From contig OZ024743.1 in the NCBI GenBank assembly GCA_964016885.1, positions 176,018,001 through 176,082,000 of the forward strand: 64,000 nt of DNA. The letters run 5' to 3'. Of this stretch, positions 14,318-28,530 are shown in pieces; position 1 is the stretch's first letter; every line of letters begins with the position of its first letter. A program made the translations under genes and the position numbers. The notes under the pieces were generated by a model, which worked only from the letters and a program-made list of their open reading frames with translations, was not told the origin of the DNA and did not search any database. The stretch is from Eledone cirrhosa. Taxonomy: Eukaryota.

Positions 14318-17300
14318 TAGACACAGTAGCAGTAACAACAGCAGTAGTAACAGCAACAGTAGCAGTACCAACAACAGCAGTAACAGTAGTAATAACAGCA
14401 TTAACATTAGACACAGTAGCAGTAACAACAGCAGTAGTAACAACAACAGTAGCAGTAGTAACAACCCTGTAACAGTAGTAATAACAGCATTAACATTAGA
14501 CACAGTAGCAGTAACAACAGCAGTAGTAACAACAACAGTAGCAGTACCAACAACCCAGTAACAGTAGTAATAACAGCATTAACATTAGACACAGTAGCAG
14601 TAACAACAACAGTAGTAACAGCAACAGTAGCAGTAGCAACAACCCTGTAACAGTAGTAATAACAGCATTAACATTAGACACAGTAGCAGTACCAACAGCA
14701 GTAGTAGTAGTAACAATCCAGTAACAGTAGTAATAACAGCATTAACATTAGACACAGTAGCAGTAACAACAGCAGTAGTAACAGCAACAGTAGCAGTACC
14801 AACAACCCAGTAACAGTAGTAATAACAGCATTAACATTAGACACAGTAGCAGTAATAACAGCAGTAGTAACAGCACCAGTAGTAGTAGTAACAACCCAAT
14901 AACAGTAGTAATAACAGAATTAACATTAGACACAGTAGCAGTAACAACAGCAGTAGTAACAGCAACAGTAGCAGTAGTAACAACAGCAGTAACAGTAGTA
15001 ATAACAGCATTAACATTAGACACACTAGCAGTAACAACAGCAGTAGTAACAGCAACAGTAGCAGTAATAACAACAGCAGTAACAGTAGTAATAACAGCAT
15101 TAACATTAGACACAGTAGCAGTAACAACAGCAGTAGTAACAACAACAGTAGTAGTAGTAACAACCCAGTAACAGTAATAATAACAGCATTAACATTAGAC
15201 ACAGTAGCAGTAACAACAGCAGTAGTAACAGCAACAGTAGCAGTAGTAACAACAGCAGTAACAGTAGTAATAACAGTATTAACATTAGACACAGTAGCAG
15301 TAACAACAGCAGTAGTAACAGCAACAGTAGCAGTACCAACAACCCAGTAACAATAGTAATAACAGAATTAACATTAGACACAGTAGCAGTAACAACAGCA
15401 GTAGTAACAGCAACAGTAGCAGTAGTAACAACAACAGTAACAGTAGTAATAACAGCATTAACATTAGACACAGTAGCAGTAACAACAGCAGTAGTAAAAG
15501 CAACAGTAGCAGTAGTAACAACCCTGTAACAGTAGTAATAACAGCATTTACATTAGACACAGTAGCAGTAACAACAGCAGTAGTAACAGCAACAGTAGTA
15601 GTAGTAACAACCCAATAACAGTAGTAATAACAGCATTAACATTAGACACAGAAGCAGTAACAACAGCAGTAGTAACAACAGCAGTAGTAGTAGTAACAAC
15701 CCAGTAACAGTAGTAATAACAGCATTAACATTAGACACAGTAGCAGTAACAACAGCAGTAGTAACAGCAACAGTAGCAGTAGTAACAACCCAGTAACAGT
15801 AGTAATAACAGCATTAACATTAGACACAGTAGCAGTAACAACAGCAGTAGTAACAACAAAAGTAGCAGTAGTAACAACCCAGTAACAGTAGTAATAACAG
15901 CATTAACATTAGACACAGTAGCAGTAACAACAGCAGTAGTAACAACAACAGTAGTAGTAGTAACAACCCAGTAACAGTAGTAATAACAGCATTTACATTA
16001 GACACAGTAGCAGTAACAACAGCAGTAGTAACAGCAACAGTAGCAGTAGTAACAACCCAGTAACAGTAGTAATAACAGCATTAACATTAGACACAGTAGC
16101 AGTAACAACAGCAGTAGTAACAACAACAGTAGTAGTAGTAACAACCCAGTAACAGTAGTAATAACAGCATTAACATTAGACACAGTAGCAGTAACAACAG
16201 CAGTAGTAACAGCAACAGTAGTAGTAGTAACAACCCAGTAACAGTAGTAATAACAGCATTAACATTAGACACACTAGCAGTAACAACAGCAGTAGTAACA
16301 ACAACAGTAGTAGTAGTCACAACCCAGTAACAGTAGTAATAACAGCATTAACATTAGACACAGTAGCAGTAACAACAGCAGTAGTAACAGCAACAGTAGC
16401 AGTAGTAACAACAGCAGTAACAGTAGTAATAACAGCATTAACATTAGACACAGTAGCAGTAACAACAGCAGTAGTAACAACAACAGTAGTAGTAGTAACA
16501 ACCCAGTAACAGTAGTAATAACAGCATTAACATTAGACACAGTAGCAGTAACAACAGCAGTAGTAACAACAACAGTAGTAGTAGTAACAACCCAGTAACA
16601 GTAGTAATAACAGCATTAACATTAGACACAGTAGCAGTAACAACAGCAGTAGTAACAACAACAGTAGTAGTAGTAACAACCCAGTAACAGTAGTAATAAC
16701 AGCATTAACATTAGACACAGTAGCAGTAACAACAGCAGTAGTAACAACAACAGTAGTAGTAGTAACAACCCAGTAACAGTAGTAATAACAGCATTAACAT
16801 TAGACACAGTAGCAGTAACAACAGCAGTAGTAACAGCAACAGTAGCAGTAGTAACAACAGCAGTAACAGTAGTAATAACAGCATTAACATTAGACACAGT
16901 AGCAGTAACAACAGCAGTAGTAACAACAACAGTAGTAGTAGTAACAACCCAGTAACAGTAGTAATAACAGCATTAACATTAGACACAGTAGCAGTAACAA
17001 CAGCAGTAGTAACAGCAACAGTAGCAGTAGTAACAACAGCAGTAACAGTAGTAATAACAGCATTAACATTAGACACAGTAGCAGTAAAAACAGCAGTAGT
17101 AACAACAACAGTAGTAGTAGTAACAACCCTGTAACAGTAGTAATAACAGCATTAACATTAGACACAGTAGCAGTAACAACAGCAGTAGTAACAGCAACAG
17201 TAGTAGTAGTAACAACCCTGTAACAGTAGTAATAACAGCATTAACATTAGACACAGCAGCAGTAAAAACAGCAGTAGTAACAACAACAGTAGTAGTAGTA

Positions 17301-20300
17301 ACAATCCAGTAACAGTAGTAATAACAGCATTAACATTAGACACAGTAGCAGTAACAACAGCAGTAGTAACAGCAACAGTAGCAGTAGACACAACAGAAGT
17401 AACAGTAGTAATAACAGCATTAACATTAGACACAGTAGCAGTAACAACAGCAGTAGTAACAACAACAGTAGTAGTAGTAACAACCCAGTAACAGTAGTAA
17501 TAACAGCATTAACATTAGACACAGTAGCAGTAACAACAGCAGTAGTAACAACAACAGTAGTAGTAGTAACAACCCAGTAACAGTAGTAATAACAGCATTA
17601 ACATTAGACACAGTAGCAGTAACAACAGCAGTAGTAACAGCAACAGTAGTAGTACCAACAACCCTGTAACAGTAGTAATAACAGTATTAACATTAGACAC
17701 AGTAGCAGTAACAACAGCAGTAGTAACAGCAACAGTAGCAGTAGTAACAACCCAGTAACAGTAGTAATAACAGCATTAACATTAGACACAGTAGCAGTAA
17801 CAACAGCAGTAGTAACAACAACAGTAGTAGTAGTAACAACCCTGTAACAGTAGTAATAACAGCATTAACATTAGACATAGTAGCAGTAACAACAGCAGTA
17901 GTAACAGCAACAGTAGCAGTAGTAACAACCCAGTAACAGTAGTAATAACAGCATTAACATTAGACACAGTAGCAGTAACAACAGCAGTAGTAACAGCAAC
18001 AGTAGCAGTAGTAACAACCCAGTAACAGTAGTAATAACAGCATTAACATTAGACATAGTAGCAGTAACAACAGCAGTAGTAACAGCAACAGTAGTAGTAG
18101 TAACAACCCTGCAACAGTAGTAATAACAGCATTAACATTAGACACAGTAGCAGTAACAACAGCAGTAGTAACAACAACAGTAGCAGTAGTAACAACCCTG
18201 TAACAGTATTAATAACAACATTAACATTAGACACAGTAGCAGTAACAACAGCAGTAGTAACAACAACAGTAGCAGTAGTAACAACCCTGTAACAGTAGTA
18301 ATAACAGCATTAACATTAGACACAGTAGCAGTAACAACAGCAGTAGTAACAGCAACAGTAGCAGTACCAACAACAGCAGTAACAGTAGTAATAACAGCAT
18401 TAACATTAGACACAGTAGCAGTAACAACAGCAGTAGTAACAACAACAGTAGCAGTAGTAACAACCCTGTAACAGTAGTAATAACAGCATTAACATTAGAC
18501 ACAGTAGCAGTAACAACAGCAGTAGTAACAACAACAGTAGCAGTACCAACAACCCAGTAACAGTAGTAATAACAGCATTAACATTAGACACAGTAGCAGT
18601 AACAACAGCAGTAGTAACAGCAACAGTAGCAGTAGCAACAACCCTGTAACAGTAGTAATAACAGCATTAACATTAGACACAGTTGCAGTAACAACAGCAG
18701 TAGTAGTAGTAACAATCCAGTAACACTAGTAATAACAGCATTAACATTAGACACAGTAGCACTAACAACAGCAGTAGTAACAGCAACAGTAGTAGTAGTA
18801 ACAACCCAATAACAGTAGTAATAACAGCATTAACATTAGACACAGTAGCTGTAATAAAAGCAGTAGTAACAGCAACAGTAGTAGTAGTAACAGCCCTGTA
18901 ACAGTAGTAATAACAGCATTAACATTAGACACAGTAGCAGTAACAACAGCAGTAGTAGTAGTAACAATCCAGTAACAGTAGTAATAACAGCATTAACATT
19001 AGACACAGTAGCAGTAACAACAGCAGTAGTAACAGCAACAGTAGCAGTACCAACAACCCAGTAACAGTAGTAATAACATCATTAACATTAGACACAGTAG
19101 CAGTAACAACAGCAGTAGTAACAGCAACAGTAGTAGTAGTAACAACCCAATAACAGTAGTAATAACAGCATTAACATTAGACACAGTAGCAGTAACAACA
19201 GCAGTAGTAACAGCAACAGTAGTAGTAGTAACAACCCTGTAACAGTAGTAATAACAGCATTAACATTAGACACAGCAGCAGTAAAAACAGCAGTAGTAAC
19301 AACAACAGTAGTAGTAGTAACAATCCAGTAACAGTAGTAATAACAGCATTAACATTAGACACAGTAGCAGTAACAACAGCAGTAGTAACAGCAACAGTAG
19401 CAGTAGACACAACAGCAGTAACAGTAGTAATAACAGCATTAACACTAGACACAGTAGCAGTAACAACAGCAGTAGTAACAACAACAGTAGTAGTAGTAAC
19501 AACCCAGTAACAGTAGTAATAACAGCATTAACATTAGACACAGTATCAGTAACAACAGCAGTAGTAACAACAACAGTAGTAGTAGTAACAACCCAGTAAC
19601 AGTAGTAATAACAGCATTAACATTAGACACAGTAGCAGTAACAACAGCAGTAGTAACAGCAACAGTAGTAGTACCAACAACCCTGTAACAGTAGTAATAA
19701 CAGCATTAACATTAGACACAGTAGCAGTAACAACAGCAGTAGTAACAGCAACAGTAGCAGTAGTAACAACAGCAGTAACAGTAGTAATAACAGCATTAAC
19801 ATTAGACACAGTAGCAGTAACAACAGCAGTAGTAACAACAAAAGTAGCAGTAGTAACAACCCAGTAACAGTAGTAATAACAGCATTAACATTAGACACAG
19901 TAGCAGTAACAACAGCAGTAGTAACAACAACAGTAGTAGTAGTAACAACCCTGTAACAGTAGTAATAACAGCATTAACATTAGACATAGTAGCAGTAACA
20001 ACAGCAGTAGTAACAGCAACAGTAGGAGTAGTAACAACCCAGTAACAGTAGTAATAACAGCATTAACATTAGACACAGTAGCAGTAACAACAGCAGTAGT
20101 AACAGCAACAGTAGCAGTAGTAACAACCCAGTAACAGTAGTAATAACAGCATTAACATTAGACATAGTAGCAGTAACAACAGCAGTAGTAACAGCAACAG
20201 TAGTAGTAGTAACAACCCTGCAACAGTAGTAATAACAGCATTAACATTAGACACAGTAGCAGTAACAACAGCAGTAGTAACAACAACAGTAGCAGTAGTA

Positions 20301-23300
20301 ACAACCCTGTAACAGTAGTAATAACAACATTAACATTAGACACAGTAGCAGTAACAACAGCAGTAGTAACAACAACAGTAGCAGTAGTAATAACAGCATT
20401 AACATTAGACACAGTAGCAGTAACAACAGCAGTAGTAACAGCAACAGTAGCAGTACCAACAACAGCAGTAACAGTAGTAATAACAGCATTAACATTAGAC
20501 ACAGTAGCAGTAACAACAGCAGTAGTAACAACAACAGTAGCAGTAGTAACAACCCTGTAACAGTAGTAATAACAGCATTAACATTAGACACAGTAGCAGT
20601 AACAACAGCAGTAGTAACAACAACAGTAGCAGTACCAACAACCCAGTAACAGTAGTAATAACAGCATTAACATTAGACACAGTAGCAGTAACAACAGCAG
20701 TAGTAACAGCAACAGTAGCAGTAGCAACAACCCTGTAACAGTAGTAATAACATCATTAACATTAGACACAGTAGCAGTAACAACAGCAGTAGTAGTAGTA
20801 AAATCCAGTAACACTAGTAATAACAGCATTAACATTAGACACAGTAGCACTAACAACAGCAGTAGTAACAGCGACAGTAGTAGTAGTAACAACCCAATAA
20901 CAGTAGTAATAACAGCATTAACATTAGACACAGTAGCTGTAATAAAAGCAGTAGTAACAGCAACAGTAGTAGTAGTAACAGCCCTGTAACAGTAGTAATA
21001 ACAGCATTAACATTAGACACAGTAGCAGTAACAACAGCAGTAGTAGTAGTAACAATCCAGTAACAGTAGTAATAACAGCATTAACATTAGACACAGTAGC
21101 AGTAACAACAGCAGTAGTAACAGCAACAGTAGTAGTAGTAACAACCCAATAACAGTAGTAATAACAGCATTAACATTAGACACAGTAGCAGTAACAACAG
21201 CAGTAGTAACAGCAACAGTAGTAGTAGTAACAACCCAATAACAGTAGTAATAACAGCATTAACATTAGACACAGTAGCAGTAACAACAGCAGTAGTAACA
21301 GCAACAGTAGTAGTAGGAACAACCCTGTAACAGTAGTAATAACAACATTAACATTAGACACAGTAGCAGTAACAACAGCAGTAGTAACAACAACAGTAGC
21401 AGTAGTAACAACCCAGTAACAGTAGTAATAACAGCATTAACATTAGACACAGTAGCAGTAACAACAGCAGTAGTAACAACAACAGTAGCAGTAGTAACAT
21501 CCCAATAACAGTAGTAATAACAGCATTAACATTAGACACAGTAGCAGTAACAACAGCAGTAGTAACAGCAACAATAGTAGTAGTAACAACCCAATAACAG
21601 TAGTAATAACAGCATTAACATGAGACACAGTAGCAGTAACAACAGCAGTAGTAACAACAACAGTAGTAGTAGTAACAACCCAGTAACAGTAGTAATAACA
21701 TCATTAACATTAGACACAGTAGCAGTAACAACAGCAGTAGTAACAGCAACAGTAGTAGTAGTAACAACCCAATAACAGTAGTAATAACAGCATTAACATT
21801 AGACACAGTAGCAGTAACAACAGCAGTAGTTAGAGCAACAGTAGTAGTAGTAACAACCCTGTAACAGTAGTAATAACAGCATTAACATTAGACACCGTAG
21901 CAGTAACAACAGCAGTAGTAACAGCAACAATAGCAGTAGTAACAACCCAGTAACAATAGTAATAACAGCATTAACATTAGACACAGTAGCAGTAACAACA
22001 GCAGTAGTAACAACAGCAGTAGTAGTAGTAACAACCCTGTAACAGTAGTAATAACAGCATTAACATTAGACACAGTAGCAGTAACAACAGCAGTAGTAAC
22101 AGCAACAGTAGTAGTAGTAACAACCCAATAACAGTAGTAATAACAGCATTAACATTAGACACAGTAGCAGTAACAACAGCAGTAGTAACAGCAACAGTAG
22201 TAGTAGTAACAACCCTGTAACAGTAGTAATAACAGCATTAACATTAGACACAGTAGCAGTAACAACAGCAGTAGTAACAACAACAGTAGCAGTAGTAACA
22301 ACCCAGTAACAGTAGTAATAACAGCATTAACATTAGACACAGTAGCAGTAACAACAGCAGTAGTAACAACAACAGTAGCAGTAGTAACATCCCAATAACA
22401 GTAGTAATAACAGCATTAACATTAGACACAGTAGCAGTAACAACAGCAGTAGTAACAGCAACAGTAGTAGTAGTAACAACCCAATAACAGTAGTAATAAC
22501 AGCATTAACATGAGACACAGTAGCAGTAACAACAGCAGTAGTAACAACAACAGTAGTAGTAGTAACAACCCAGTAACAGTAGTAATAAAAGCATTAACAT
22601 TAGACACAGTATCAGTAACAACAGCAGTAGTAACAGCAACAGTAGTAGTAGTAACAACCCAATAACAGTAGTAATAACAGCATTAACATTAGACACAGTA
22701 GCAGTAACAACAGCAGTAGTAACAGCAACAGTAGCAGTAGTAACAACAGCAGTAACAGTAGTAATAACAGCATTATCATTAGACACAGTAGCAGTAACAA
22801 CAGCAGTAGTAACAGCAACAGTAGCAGTAGTAACAACAGCAGTAACAGTAGTAATAACAGCATTAACATTAGACACATTAGCAGTAACAACAGCAGTAGT
22901 AACAGCAACAGTAGCAGTAGTAACAACCCAGTAACAGTAGTAATAACAGCATTAACATTAGACATAGTAGCAGTAACAACAGCAGTAGTAACAGCAACAG
23001 TAGTAGTAGTAACAACCCTGTAACAGTAGTAATAACAGCATTAACTTTAGACACAGTAGCAGTAACAACAACAGTAGTAACAACAACAGTAGTAGTAGTA
23101 ACAACCCTGTAACAGTAGTAATAACAACATTAACATTAGACACAGTAGCAGTAACAACAGCAGTAGTAACAACAACAGTAGCAGTAGTAACAACCCTGTA
23201 ACAGTAGTAATAACAGCATTAACATTAGACACAGTAGCAGTAACAACAGCAGTAGTAACAGCAACAGTAGCAGTACCAACAACAGCAGTAACAGTAGTAA

Positions 23301-26300
23301 TAACAGCATTAACATTAGACACAGTAGCAGTAACAACAGCAGTAGTAACAACAACAGTAGCAGTAGTAACAACCCTGTAACTGTAGTAATAACAGCATTA
23401 ACATTAGACACAGTAGCAGTAACAACAGCAGTAGTAACAACAACAGTAGCAGTACCAACAACCCAGTAACAGTAGTAATAACAGCATTAACATTAGACAC
23501 AGTAGCAGTAACAACAGCAGTAGTAACAGCAACAGTAGCAGTACCAACAACCCAGTAACAGTAGTAATAACAGCATTAACATTAGACACAGTAGCAGTAA
23601 CAACAGCAGTAGTAGTAGTAACAATCCAGTAACAGTAGTAATAACAGCATTAACATTAGACACAGTAGCACTAACAACAGCAGTAGTAACAGCAACAGTA
23701 GTAGTAGTAACAACCCAATAACAGTAGTAATAACAGCATTAACATTAGACACAGTAGCTGTAACAACAGCAGTAGTAACAGCAACAGTAGTAGTAGTAAC
23801 AGCCCTGTAACAGTTGTAATAACAGCATTAACATTAGACACAGTAACAGTAACAACAGCAGTAGTAACAGCAATATTAGCAGTAGTAACAACCCAGTAAC
23901 AGTAGTAATAACAGCATTAACATTAGACACAGTAGCAGTAACAACAGCAGTAGTAGTAGTAACAATCCAGTAACAGTAGTAATAACAGCATTAACATTAG
24001 ACACAGTAGCAGTAAAACAGCAGTAGTAACAGCAACAGTAGCAGTACCAACAACCCAGTAACAGTAGTAATAACATCATTAACATTAGACACAGTAGCAG
24101 TAACAACAGCAGTAGTAACAGCAACAGTAGTAGTAGTAACAACCCAATAACAGTAGTAATAACAGCATTAACATTAGACACAGTAGCAGTAACAACAGCA
24201 GTAGTTAGAGCAACAGTAGTAGAAGTAACAACCCTGTAACAGTAGTAATAACAGCATTAACATTAGACACAGTAGCAGTAACAACAGCAGTAGTAACAGC
24301 AACAGTAGCAGTAGTATCAACCCAGTAACAGTAGTAATAACAGCATTAACTTTAGACACAGTAGCAGTAAAAACAGCAGTAGTAACAACAGCAGTAGTAG
24401 TAGTAACAACCCTGTAACAGTAGTAATAACAGCATTAACATTAGACACAGTAGCAGTAACAACAGCAGTAGTAACAGCAACAGTAGTAGTAGTAACAACC
24501 CAATAACAGTAGTAATAACAGCATTAACATTAGACACAGTAGCAGTAACAACAGCAGTAGTAACAGCAACAGTAGTAGTAGTAACAACCCTGTAACAGTA
24601 GTAATAACAGCATTAACATTAGACACAGTAGCAGTAACAACAGCAGTAGTAACAACAACAGTAGCAGTAGTAACAACCCAGTAACAGTAGTAATAACAGC
24701 ATTAACATTAGACACAGTAGCAGTAACAACAGCAGTAGTAACAACAACAGTAGCAGTAGTAACATCCCAATAACAGTAGTAATAACAGCATTAACATTAG
24801 ACACAGTAGCAGTAACAACAGCAGTAGTAACAGCAACAGTAGTAGTAGTAACAACCCAATAACAGTAGTAATAACAGCATTAACATGAGACACAGTAGCA
24901 GTAACAACAGCAGTAGTAACAACAACAGTAGTAGTAGTAACAACCCAGTAACAGTAGTAATAACAGCATTAACATTAGACACAGTATCAGTAACAACAGC
25001 AGTAGTAACAGCAACAGTAGTAGTAGTAACAACCCAATAACAGTAGTAATAACAGCATTAACATTAGACACAGTAGCAGTAACAACAGCAGTAGTAACAG
25101 CAACAGTAGCAGTAGTAACAACAGCAGTAACAGTAGTAATAACAGCATTAACATTAGACACAGTAGCAGTAACAACAGCAGTAGTAACAGCAACAGTAGC
25201 AGTAGTAACAACAGCAGTAACAGTAGTAATAACAGCATTAACATTAGACACAGTAGCAGTAACAACAGCAGTAGTAACAGCAACATTAGCAGTAGTAACA
25301 ACAGCAGTAACATTAGTAATACCAGCATTAACATTAGACACAGAAGTAGTAACAACAGCAGTAGTAACAACAGCAGTAGTAGTAGTAACAACCCAGTAAC
25401 AGTAGTAAAAACAGCATTAACATTAGACACAGTAGCAGTAACAACAGCAGTAGTAACAACAACAGTAGTAGTAGTAACAACCCTGTAACAGTAGTAATAA
25501 CAGCATTAACATTAGACACAGTAGCAGTAACAACAGCAGTAGTAACAGCAACAGTAGCAGTAGTAACAACAGCAGTAACAGTAGTAATAACAGCATTAAC
25601 ATTAGACACAGTAGCAGTAACAACAGCAGTAGTAACAGCAACCGTAGCAGTAGTAACAACCCTGTAACAGTAGTAATAACAGCATTTACATTAGACACAG
25701 TAGCAGTAACAACAGCAGTAGTAACAGCAACAGTAGTAGTAGTAACAACCCAATAACAGTAGTAATAACAGCATTAACATTAGACACAGAAGCAGTAACA
25801 ACAGCAGTAGTAACAACAGCAGTAGTAGTAGTAACAACAGAAGTAACAGTAGTAATAACAGCATTAACATTAGACACAGTAGCAGTAACAACAGCAGTAG
25901 TAACAGCAACAGTAGTAGTAGTAACAACCCAATAACAGTAGTAATAACAGCATTAACATTAGACACAGTAGTAGTAACAACAGCAGTAGTAACAGCAACA
26001 GTAGCAGTAGTAACAACAGCAGTAACAGTAGTAATAACAGCATTAACATTAGACACACTAGCAGTAACAACAGCAGTAGTAACAGCAACAGTAGCAGTAG
26101 TAACAACAGCAGTAACAGTAGTAATACCAGCATTAACATTAGACACAGTAGCAGTAACAACAGCAGTAGTAACAGCAACAGTAGCAGTAGTAACAACCCT
26201 GTAACAGTAGTATTAACAGCATTTACATTAGACACAGTAGCAGTAACAACAGCAGAAGTAACAACAACAGTAGCAGTACCAACAACCCAGTAACAGTAGT

Positions 26301-26746
26301 AATAACAGCATTAACATTAGACACAGTAGCAGTAACAACAGCAGTAGTAACAGCAACAGTAGCAGTAGCAACAACCCTGTAACAGTAGTAATAACAGCAT
26401 TAACATTAGACACAGTAGCAGTAACAACCGCAGTAGTAGTAGTAACAATCCAGTAACAGTAGTAATAACAGCATTAACATTAGACACATTAGCAGTAACA
26501 ACAGCAGTAGTAACAGCAACAGTAGTAGTAGTAACAACCCAATAACAGTAGTAATAACAGCATTAACATTAGACACAGTAGCAGTAACAACAGCAGTAGT
26601 AACAGCAACAGTAGTAGTAGTAACAACCCTGTAACAGTAGTAATAACAGCATTAACATTAGACACAGTAGCAGTAACAACAGCAGTAGTAACAACAACAG
26701 TAGCAGTAGTAACAACCCAGTAACAGTAGTAATAACAGCATTAACA

Positions 26747-28530
26747 TTAGACACAGTAGCAGTAACAACAGCAGTAGTAACAACAACAGTAGCAGTAGTA
26801 ACATCCCAATAACAGTAGTAATAACAGCATTAACATTAGACACAGTAGCAGTAACAACAGCAGTAGTAACAGCAACAGTAGTAGTAGTAACAACCCAATA
26901 ACAGTAGTAATAACAGCATTAACATGAGACACAGTAGCAGTAACAACAGCAGTAGTAACAACAACAGTAGTAGTAGTAACAACCCAGTAACAGTAGTAAT
27001 AACAGCATTAACATTAGACACAGTAGCAGTAACAACAGCAGTAGTAACAGCAACAGTAGTAGTAGTAACAACCCAATAACAGTAGTAATAACAGCATTAA
27101 CATAAGACACAGTAGCAGTAACAACAGCCGTAGTAACAGCAACAGTAGCAGTAGTAACAACAGCAGTAACAGTAGTAATAACAGCATTAGCATTAGACAC
27201 AGTAGCAGTAACAACAGCAGTAGTAACAGCAACAGTAGCAGTAGTAACAACAGCAGTAACAGTAGTAATACCAGCATTAACATTAGACACAGTAGCAGTA
27301 ACAACAGCAGTAGTAACAGCAACAGTAGCAGTAGTAACAACCCTGTAACAGTAGTAATAACAGCATTTACATTAGACACAGTAGCAGTAACAACAGCAGA
27401 AGTAACAGCAACAGTTGTAGTAGTAACAACCCAATAACAGTAGTAATAACAGCATTAACATTAGACATAGTAGCAGTAACAACAGCAGTAGTAACAGCAA
27501 CAGTAGCAGTAGTAACAACCCTGTAACAGTAGTAATAACAGCATTAACATTAGACACAGTAGCAGTAACAACAGCAGTAGTAACAACAGCAGTAGTAGTA
27601 GTAACAACCCAGTAACAGTAGTAATAACAGCATTAACATTAGACACAGTAGCAGTAACAACAGCAGTAGTAACAACAACAGTAGCAGTAGTAACATCCCA
27701 ATAACAGTAGTAATAACAGCATTAACATTAGACACAGTAGCAGTAACAACAGCAGTAGTAACAGCAACAGTAGTAGTAGTAACAACCCAATAACAGTAGT
27801 AATAACAGCATTAACATGAGACACAGTAGCAGTAACAACAGCAGTAGTAACAACAACAGTAGTAGTAGTAACAACCCAGTAACAGTAGTAATAACAGCAT
27901 TAACATTAGACACATTAGCAGTAACAACAGCAGTAGTAACAGCAACAGTAGTAGTAGTAACAACCCAATAACAGTAGTAATAACAGCATTAACATAAGAC
28001 ACAGTAGCAGTAACAACAGCCGTAGTAACAGCAACAGTAGCAGTAGTAACAACAGCAGTAACAGTAGTAATAACAGCATTAGCATTAGACACAGTAGCAG
28101 TAACAACAGCAGTAGTAACAGCAACAGTAGCAGTAGTAACAACAGCAGTAACAGTAGTAATACCAGCATTAACATTAGACACAGTAGCAGTAACAACAGC
28201 AGTAGTAACAGCAACAGTAGCAGTAGTAACAACCCTGTAACAGTAGTAATAACAGCATTTACATTAGACACAGTAGCAGTAACAACAGCAGAAGTAACAG
28301 CAACAGTTGTAGTAGTAACAACCCAATAACAGTAGTAATAACAGCATTAACATTAGACATAGTAGCAGTAACAACAGCAGTAGTAACAGCAACAGTAGCA
28401 GTAGTAACAACCCTGTAACAGTAGTAATAACAGCATTAACATTAGACACAGTAGCAGTAACAACAGCAGTAGTAACAACAGCAGTAGTAGTAGTAACAAC
28501 CCAGTAACAGTAGTAAAAACAGCATTAACA
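26747..28530. repeat. 892-bp (10-monomer) tandem duplication within the satellite
   Basis: The marker series CATCCC, CATGAGAC, CATAAGAC, TTAGCATTAG, ATACCAGC, CATTTAC, GAAGTAAC..GTTG repeats at +892 (ORF starts 26919/27811 and 27372/28264). Confidence 0.9.
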
